This document shows positions 45,172 through 51,350 of a stretch of 51,350 nucleotides of DNA, piece by piece. Position 1 is the stretch's first letter, and the number at the start of each line of letters is the position of its first letter. The notes beneath the pieces are model-generated. The model was not told the DNA's origin and ran no database searches. It was given only the letters and a program-made list of their open reading frames with translations. Position numbers and translations under genes: made by a program. Source of the stretch: a virus (lineage: Duplodnaviria > Heunggongvirae > Uroviricota > Caudoviricetes); IMG/VR virus record IMGVR_UViG_2690315831_000003. One strand, 5' to 3'.

Positions 45172-48100
45172 GTGGGTAAAGGGGGCGGCAAGGGGCACAC
45201 ACCGCGTGAGGCGAAGGACAATCTCAAGTCAACGCAGATGATGAGCGTGATTGATGCCATCGGTGAGGGACCGGTGGAAGGTCCGGTGAAGGGACTGCAG
45301 AGTATTCTGGTGAACAAAACCCCGCTGACGGACACGGACGGTAATCCCGTGATACACGGTGTGACCGCCGTCTGGCGTGCCGGGGAGCAGGAGCAGACAC
45401 CGCCGGAAGGCTTTGAGTCCTCCGGGGCAGAAACCGCACTGGGCGTGGAGGTGACGAAGGCAAAGCCGGTGACGCGCACCATCAAGTCAGCGAACATTGA
45501 CCGTCTGCGGGTCACCTTCGGGGTGCAGTCACTGGTGGAGACCAGCTCAAAGGGTGACCGTAATCCCTCTTCTGTCCGGCTGCTGATTCAGCTTGAGCGT
45601 AACGGTAACTGGGTGACGGAGAAGGATGTCACCATTAACGGCAAGACCACCTCGCAGTACCTGACGTCGGTGATTCTGAATAATCTCCCTGAGCGCCCCT
45701 TTAACATCCGGATGGTCAGGGTGACGGCGGACAGTACCACGGACCAGCTGCAGAACAGAACGCTGTGGTCGTCATACACCGAAATCATCGATGTGAAACA
45801 GTGCTACCCGAACACGGCCATTGTGGGGCTGCAGGTGGATGCGGAGCAGTTCGGTGGCCAGCAGATGGTGGTGAACTACCATATCCGCGGCCGCATCATT
45901 CAGGTGCCGTCAAACTATGACCCGGAAAAACGCACCTACAGCGGTATCTGGGACGGGAGTCTGAAACCGGCATACAGCAATAACCCGGCCTGGTGCCTGT
46001 GGGACATGCTGACCCACCCGCGCTACGGCATGGGAAAACGCCTGGGGGCGGCGGATGTGGACAAGTGGGCGCTGTATGCCATCGGGCAGTACTGCGACCA
46101 GACGGTCCCGGATGGTTTCGGGGGCACAGAGCCGCGGATGACTTTCAATGCGTACCTGTCACAGCAGCGTAAGGTGTGGGATGTCCTGGGGGATTTTTGC
46201 TCGGCGATGCGCTGTATGCCGGTATGGAACGGCCAGACGCTGACGTTCGTTCAGGACCGTCCGTCGGATGTGGTGTGGCCGTACACCAACAGCGATGTGG
46301 TGGTGGATGATAACGGCGTGGGGTTCCGCTACAGCTTCAGTGCCCTGAAGGACCGGCACACGGCGGTGGAGGTGAATTACACTGACCCGCAGAACGGCTG
46401 GCAGACCTCCACTGAACTGGTGGAAGACCCGGACGCCATCCTGCGCTACGGGCGCAACCTGCTGAAGATGGATGCGTTCGGCTGTACCAGCCGCGGTCAG
46501 GCCCACCGTGCCGGACTGTGGGTGATAAAGACCGAACTGCTGGAAACGCAGACGGTGGATTTCACGCTCGGGTCACAGGGGCTGCGGCACACGCCCGGTG
46601 ACATCATTGAAATCTGTGATAACGACTATGCCGGGACCCTGACCGGCGGACGCATCCTGTCCATCGATGCCGCCAGCCGCACACTGACGCTGGACCGAGA
46701 GGTGACACTGCCGGAAGCAGGGGCATCGACGGTGAACCTGATTAACGGCAGCGGTAAGCCGGTGCGCGTGGACATCACTGCACACCCCGCCCCGGACCGG
46801 ATACAGGTCAGCGTCCTGCCTGATGGCGTGGAGACATACGGTGTGTGGGGACTCTCCCTGCCGTCACTGCGTCGTCGCCTGTTCCGCTGTGTTTCCATCC
46901 GGGAAAACACGGACGGCACCTTTGCCATCACGGCGGTGCAGCATGTGCCGGAAAAAGAAGCCATTGTGGATAACGGGGCCCGCTTTGAGCCGATGTCCGG
47001 CTCACTGAACAGCGTCATCCCGCCGGCAGTGCAGCACCTCACGGTGGAGGTGAGTGCCTCAGACGGCCAGTATCTGGCGCTGGCGAAATGGGACACGCCG
47101 CGGGTGGTGAAGGGGGTGCGCTTCAGTCTGCGCCTGACCAGCGGAAACGGTGAAAACAGCCGCCTGGTGACCAGCGCCATCACGGCGGACACGGAGCACC
47201 GTTTCAGTGGCCTGCCGCTCGGGGAATACACCCTGACGGTCAGGGCGATAAACAGCTACGGCCAGCAGGGCGAACCTGCCACCACCACATTCCGGATTAA
47301 TGCACCGGCGGCACCGGCCAGCATTGAACTGACGCCGGGCTATTTTCAGATAACGGTGGTCCCGCATCCTGCGGTGTATGACCCGACGGTACAGTATGAA
47401 TTCTGGTTCTCAGAAAAACGCATCACGGACACGGCACAGGTGGAAACCTCTGCCCGTTATCTGGGTACCGGCAGCCAGTGGAGCGTTTCCGGCCCGCACA
47501 TTAAGCCGGGGAAGGATTTCTGGTTTTATGTGCGCAGCGTCAACCTGGTGGGGAAATCTGCGTTTGTGGAGGCCAGCGGGCAGGCCAGCAATGATGGTGA
47601 AGGGTATCTGGAAATTTTCCGTGGGCTGATAGATGAGGCGCTGCTGGGGAAGGCACTGAAAGAGCGTATTGATGCGTCAGCCCTGCGTACTGAGGTCACG
47701 CAACTGGAAGAAGACATCCGCCAGCGACTGGAGACGGATGTTGCGGAAGTGACCCGAAAAATCGGGGAGGCGGAAAACAGCCTCACGCAGCTGGTTGCGA
47801 AAAAGAATGAGGACCAGACGCTGGCCATCGCGCAGGTGAGTCAGCAGGTGGACCGGGTGAGCAGTGAAATCACACAGACAGTCAGCCAGAGCACGGAGGA
47901 AAACGCCAGGCAGATAGCGCAGGTCCGCCAGTACGTGGATGACAAAGGGAGTGAAATCACCTCGACCACGGATAAAAAGCTGGAAGACCAGAGCGCGACC
48001 ATACAGCAGATACAGCAGGTCCAGTCAGACACGAATGATGAGCTGGCAGCGCTGTACATGCTGAAGGTGCAGAAAACGAAAAACGGCATTCCGTATGTTG

Positions 48101-48858
48101 CCGGTATTGGTGCGGGGATTGAGGATGCTGATGGCCAGACGCTGAGCAATATTCTGCTGCAGGCGGACCGTATCGCGATGATTACCCCGGAGAACGGCAA
48201 CACCACGCCGCTGTTTGTGGCACAGGGGAATCAGCTGTTCATGAACGACGTGTTCCTGAAGCGACTGTTTGCGGTGAGTATCACGTCATCCGGCAATCCC
48301 CCGACGTTCTCCCTGACGCCGGAGGGCAGGCTGACGGCCCGCAATGCTGACATCAGCGGACATATCAGTGCGAACTCGGGCACGCTGAATAATGTCGTGA
48401 TAGCGGAGAACTGCACGATAAATGGCACGCTGAAAGCGGAGAACATTATTGGTGATCTGGTGAAATGTGCCGGGGTGGCTTTTCCGGTGGATGGTAGTCA
48501 CCTTGCGAACGGTACACGAACGCTGACGGTGTATGACGATCACAGCTTTGACCGGCAGATTATAATCCCGCCGATAATCTATGTCGGGTCAAAACAGGAA
48601 TCCCGCACCAGTAATGACATCTGGACAGAGTGCTTCCTGCATGTTGATCAGAACGGACGCCGGATTTATTCAGGCAGGTCAGTGGCAGAGCCGGGAATTT
48701 TCAGCGGGATCATCGATATGCCAGCTGGCGGTGGTCATATCACCCTGAGTTTTACCGTGAGCTCACGGCGTCAGAATGACAGTTGGGGCAGTTCACGAAT
48801 CAGTAACCTTCAGGCGATAGTGGTGAAGAAAAACAGCGCGGGGATCAGTATCCGCTGA
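45172..48858 (+). CDS. J: Host specificity / central tail fibre protein J-like
   Basis: GTG 45172 after AGGAGAGGGGG; N-terminus [22 protein letters not shown] matches recalled lambda J start; about 1229 aa. Confidence 0.85.
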   Translation: MGKGGGKGHTPREAKDNLKSTQMMSVIDAIGEGPVEGPVKGLQSILVNKTPLTDTDGNPVIHGVTAVWRAGEQEQTPPEGFESSGAETALGVEVTKAKPVTRTIKSANIDRLRVTFGVQSLVETSSKGDRNPSSVRLLIQLERNGNWVTEKDVTINGKTTSQYLTSVILNNLPERPFNIRMVRVTADSTTDQLQNRTLWSSYTEIIDVKQCYPNTAIVGLQVDAEQFGGQQMVVNYHIRGRIIQVPSNYDPEKRTYSGIWDGSLKPAYSNNPAWCLWDMLTHPRYGMGKRLGAADVDKWALYAIGQYCDQTVPDGFGGTEPRMTFNAYLSQQRKVWDVLGDFCSAMRCMPVWNGQTLTFVQDRPSDVVWPYTNSDVVVDDNGVGFRYSFSALKDRHTAVEVNYTDPQNGWQTSTELVEDPDAILRYGRNLLKMDAFGCTSRGQAHRAGLWVIKTELLETQTVDFTLGSQGLRHTPGDIIEICDNDYAGTLTGGRILSIDAASRTLTLDREVTLPEAGASTVNLINGSGKPVRVDITAHPAPDRIQVSVLPDGVETYGVWGLSLPSLRRRLFRCVSIRENTDGTFAITAVQHVPEKEAIVDNGARFEPMSGSLNSVIPPAVQHLTVEVSASDGQYLALAKWDTPRVVKGVRFSLRLTSGNGENSRLVTSAITADTEHRFSGLPLGEYTLTVRAINSYGQQGEPATTTFRINAPAAPASIELTPGYFQITVVPHPAVYDPTVQYEFWFSEKRITDTAQVETSARYLGTGSQWSVSGPHIKPGKDFWFYVRSVNLVGKSAFVEASGQASNDGEGYLEIFRGLIDEALLGKALKERIDASALRTEVTQLEEDIRQRLETDVAEVTRKIGEAENSLTQLVAKKNEDQTLAIAQVSQQVDRVSSEITQTVSQSTEENARQIAQVRQYVDDKGSEITSTTDKKLEDQSATIQQIQQVQSDTNDELAALYMLKVQKTKNGIPYVAGIGAGIEDADGQTLSNILLQADRIAMITPENGNTTPLFVAQGNQLFMNDVFLKRLFAVSITSSGNPPTFSLTPEGRLTARNADISGHISANSGTLNNVVIAENCTINGTLKAENIIGDLVKCAGVAFPVDGSHLANGTRTLTVYDDHSFDRQIIIPPIIYVGSKQESRTSNDIWTECFLHVDQNGRRIYSGRSVAEPGIFSGIIDMPAGGGHITLSFTVSSRRQNDSWGSSRISNLQAIVVKKNSAGISIR

Positions 48859-49056
48859 ACATCGCGCCCCGGGATTGCCGGAAGGAGACAAAAACCGTAC
48901 AGTATGCGCGGGTGCCTTTGGCTGATGGCCGGAGGGAACACCTGAAGGCCGGATGTGAAAAGGCCCCGGACAAAACATTCATGTTTAACCCGAGGCCTGA
49001 CGTTCTTCCTTCAGCAAGAAGAAGGTTAGCGCCTCTCCGTAAAAGGAGCAAGCGTT

Positions 49057-49197
49057 ATGTCGCAAAAACCGTTAAAAACCACCGTGATTTGTATCACGGT
49101 AGTGCTCATTATCTGGATCACCCACACTTCACTGTGCGAGTTCCGGTTCCGGATAGCGGGCGCGGAGATTGCGGCGTTCTTACAGTGTAAGCGGTAA
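49057..49197 (+). CDS. Hok-family type I toxin (second copy, divergent)
   Basis: 46 aa MSQKPLKTTVICITVVLIIWITHTSLCEFRFRIAGAEIAAFLQCKR: single TM plus LCEfR and E-x-AAF hallmarks; AGGAG RBS; overlapping mok-like ORF 48912..49190. Confidence 0.7.
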   Translation: MSQKPLKTTVICITVVLIIWITHTSLCEFRFRIAGAEIAAFLQCKR

Positions 49198-49295
49198 GAA
49201 ACCGTGGCGGGGGAGTGTACCTTCCCCGCCGACCGGTTGCTGAGGGTGATCAGCCGGATGGCACCTTTTTAACATCAATAAATCACAAATTTTAC

Positions 49296-49328
49296 CGCAG
49301 GCCGGGAAACCGGTCCTGCGGTTTTTTT
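49296..49328 (+). terminator. Intrinsic terminator after the hok-like locus
   Basis: CCGCAGGCCGG-gaaa-CCGGTCCTGCGG followed by TTTTTTT. Confidence 0.6.
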
Positions 49329-49341
49329 ATGGAGGAAATCC

Positions 49342-50610
49342 ATGGCAGTCAGAATATCGGGTGTGCTGAAGGACGGGGCCGGTAAGCCGGTACCGAGATG
49401 CACGATAGAGCTGAAAGCGCGACGCACAACGGAGACGGTGATTGTCACCACGGTGGCGTATGGTCAGCCGGGGGAAACCGGCAGTTACAGTATGGATGTT
49501 GAGCCGGGTCTGTACCGGGTGACGCTGAACACGGAAGGGTACGCGCCGTCATATGTGGGTGACATTCTGGTGAAGGCGGAGTCTGCACCGGGAACGCTGA
49601 ATAAATTTCTGATGGACCAGGAGGACGCACAGTATTACCCGAAAGCCCTTGCAGAGCTGGAAGCGGTGGCCGCGGAAATCCTGAAACGTGCGGAAGCGTC
49701 AGCGGCGAGTGCAGAGGAAGCGAAGAAACGGGCAGAGAATGCGCGGGGACCGAAGGGGGATAAGGGAGACACCGGGCCACAGGGTATTCCCGGGCCAAAA
49801 GGCGATACCGGCGAGCGTGGGCCAAAGGGTGAGCGTGGTGAGGCAGGCCCACAGGGGGTACAGGGGCCACGGGGTGAAACCGGACCCGTGGGACCGCAAG
49901 GAGAGGCGGGTATTCAGGGGCCTGCTGGTCCTGCGGGCCCGCGAGGTGAAACCGGAGCCAGAGGCGAAAAAGGAGAGCCGGGAGATCCCGGAGGACCTCC
50001 GGGACCAAAAGGTGACACTGGCCCCAGAGGGGAGCCGGGGCCTCAGGGCCCGGCAGGTCCGAGGGGACCCGCCGGAGAGAGAGGGCCGCAAGGATTGCAG
50101 GGTGTGGCAGGGGAGAGAGGCGATACAGGTCCGGCTGGTCCACAGGGTATACCTGGACCTCCGGGGCCAACAGGTAGCGTCGGTCCTAAGGGGGAAAAAG
50201 GCGAGCCTGGTGATCGAGGTCCACAGGGTGCTACCGGCCCCAGAGGACCACAAGGGGAAAAAGGGGATAAAGGTGACCCCGGCCCGGCAGGCCCTGCCGG
50301 TGAGCGGGGGCCGAAAGGTGATACCGGGCCGACGGGCCCCGCAGGGAAGGATGGCGCAGATTCACAGGCGAACAGAGTGCGTATCAGCGAGAAAACAGAA
50401 GTCACCTCCAGTACAGTCGTTTTCCCCTCTTTTTATGGCGGTGCGCAGGGGGAAAATGCAGCCCCTGATGGCGCTGTGATTCTGAATATCAGGACGGCTC
50501 CGGTATCACTGACGAACGGCAATTTAGGGGCAGCCTGTGTCACCGCTGTCACTTACGGCTTCCTTCAGGTTCATGATGGCAGGCAGTGGGTTACGGTGGA
50601 ACATGAATAA
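49342..50610 (+). CDS. Side tail fibre protein with collagen-like Gly-X-Y repeats
   Basis: 422 aa; N-terminal tail-fibre-like segment; about 200 aa of uninterrupted G-X-Y triplets. Confidence 0.8.
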   Translation: MAVRISGVLKDGAGKPVPRCTIELKARRTTETVIVTTVAYGQPGETGSYSMDVEPGLYRVTLNTEGYAPSYVGDILVKAESAPGTLNKFLMDQEDAQYYPKALAELEAVAAEILKRAEASAASAEEAKKRAENARGPKGDKGDTGPQGIPGPKGDTGERGPKGERGEAGPQGVQGPRGETGPVGPQGEAGIQGPAGPAGPRGETGARGEKGEPGDPGGPPGPKGDTGPRGEPGPQGPAGPRGPAGERGPQGLQGVAGERGDTGPAGPQGIPGPPGPTGSVGPKGEKGEPGDRGPQGATGPRGPQGEKGDKGDPGPAGPAGERGPKGDTGPTGPAGKDGADSQANRVRISEKTEVTSSTVVFPSFYGGAQGENAAPDGAVILNIRTAPVSLTNGNLGAACVTAVTYGFLQVHDGRQWVTVEHE

Positions 50611-50678
50611 CATGATTTTTCCGGGCGCGGAAAGCTTAAACGGGTACCCTGTCCTGAATATTCGTATGAGGAGAAGAA

Positions 50679-51350
50679 ATGAATCTTAAAAATCTGCAAC
50701 GTTATACTCCTGAGAAGTCGGATGTTCCGGGGGCAATGTACCTGAAGGCAGAGGATGGCCGTGACTGGTATGAAAGCCAGTCGTCATTTAAGGCGGATAC
50801 GCTGAAGCTGGTTTATGACAGCGAAGGCATAATCACGAGTATCAGTAAGGATGTGTCGATGCTGTGGCCAGTGGGACAGAGTGTGGTGGAGGTTGAGGAT
50901 ACAGAAGAAAACCGCAAAGCTGATATCTCCGGGCGCTGGAAGTTTGACGGGGAAAAAGTCGTTGATACTCTGACCGCGGAGAAAGCGCGCGGGATGAAGG
51001 GTGATGAAATAAACGCGTGGCGTAATGCGATGGAGGCGGCGAACTACACGTTTGAGCACAATGGCCGGAAATGGGACTACGGAAAGTCAACGCAGACGCG
51101 CCTTGAGCCATCGGTGGCGGCAGCGAAAGCGGGGAAACTGCCGGAGGCGTTTTTCTGGACGGATGCGGAAAACAATGATGTACAGGTGACAGCAGAAGAG
51201 CTTATTGCGCTGAGTGAAGCGGCAGAGCAGGCGATGTTCAGCAAAGGGATGGAAATCCACATTCGCCAGCGCACCATGAAGAAGGACCTGGAATCGCTGA
51301 GCAGTGCGGATGAGATCCTGGCATACAGGGTTGGCTGGGCACAGGAATAA
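50679..51350 (+). CDS. Tail fibre assembly protein (Tfa-like)
   Basis: 223 aa immediately after the tail fibre gene; stop at window end. Confidence 0.7.
   Translation: MNLKNLQRYTPEKSDVPGAMYLKAEDGRDWYESQSSFKADTLKLVYDSEGIITSISKDVSMLWPVGQSVVEVEDTEENRKADISGRWKFDGEKVVDTLTAEKARGMKGDEINAWRNAMEAANYTFEHNGRKWDYGKSTQTRLEPSVAAAKAGKLPEAFFWTDAENNDVQVTAEELIALSEAAEQAMFSKGMEIHIRQRTMKKDLESLSSADEILAYRVGWAQE

Larger units (their letters stand above)
1..51350. mobile_element. Lambdoid prophage, stx-negative but Stx-phage-like late region; window runs from int stop to tfa stop, att sites not included
   Basis: Contiguous phage modules in canonical lambdoid order: int-xis-exo, repressor/cro, O/P, nin-like, Q, lysis, head, tail, tail fibre. 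Confidence 0.9.

Noticed and set aside
49445-50253. Minus-strand ORFs (241 and 184 aa) and plus-strand 263-aa ORF within the collagen-like tail fibre gene
   Set aside because: Artefacts of the GGN/CCN-rich collagen repeat; the Gly-X-Y frame is clearly the coding one

Overview
The whole 51.35-kb window is one lambdoid prophage, read left to right from the integrase stop to the tail-fibre assembly gene stop. Order: int/xis and a large DEDDh-exonuclease gene (minus strand); a DicB/DicF-like leftward early region; a DicA-like repressor with a divergent Cro-like gene; O/P-like replication genes with iterons inside O; a nin-like region carrying a hok-family toxin, a DUF968-like gene and rusA; a Q-like antiterminator followed by a clear late promoter and terminator; a cargo region laid out like a Stx phage but with no stx genes; pinholin / SAR-endolysin / Rz-Rz1 lysis genes; an HK97-like head module; a lambda-like tail module (G/GT frameshift, tape measure, M-L-K-I-J); and collagen-like tail fibre plus Tfa. 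Family assignments rest on reading the translated ORFs against protein sequences recalled from memory; no search was run. Most interesting for follow-up: (1) two cargo lipoproteins that look like anchored copies of the host TolA domain III and TonB C-terminal domain; (2) two tandem arrays of promoter-terminator units with no conserved ORF, one at the stx position and one between tail genes I and J; (3) an insert between holin and endolysin split by a G9 homopolymer; (4) a low-GC, opposite-strand zinc-ribbon gene inside the leftward early operon; (5) two hok-family toxin loci. No CRISPR array, rRNA or IS element was seen.
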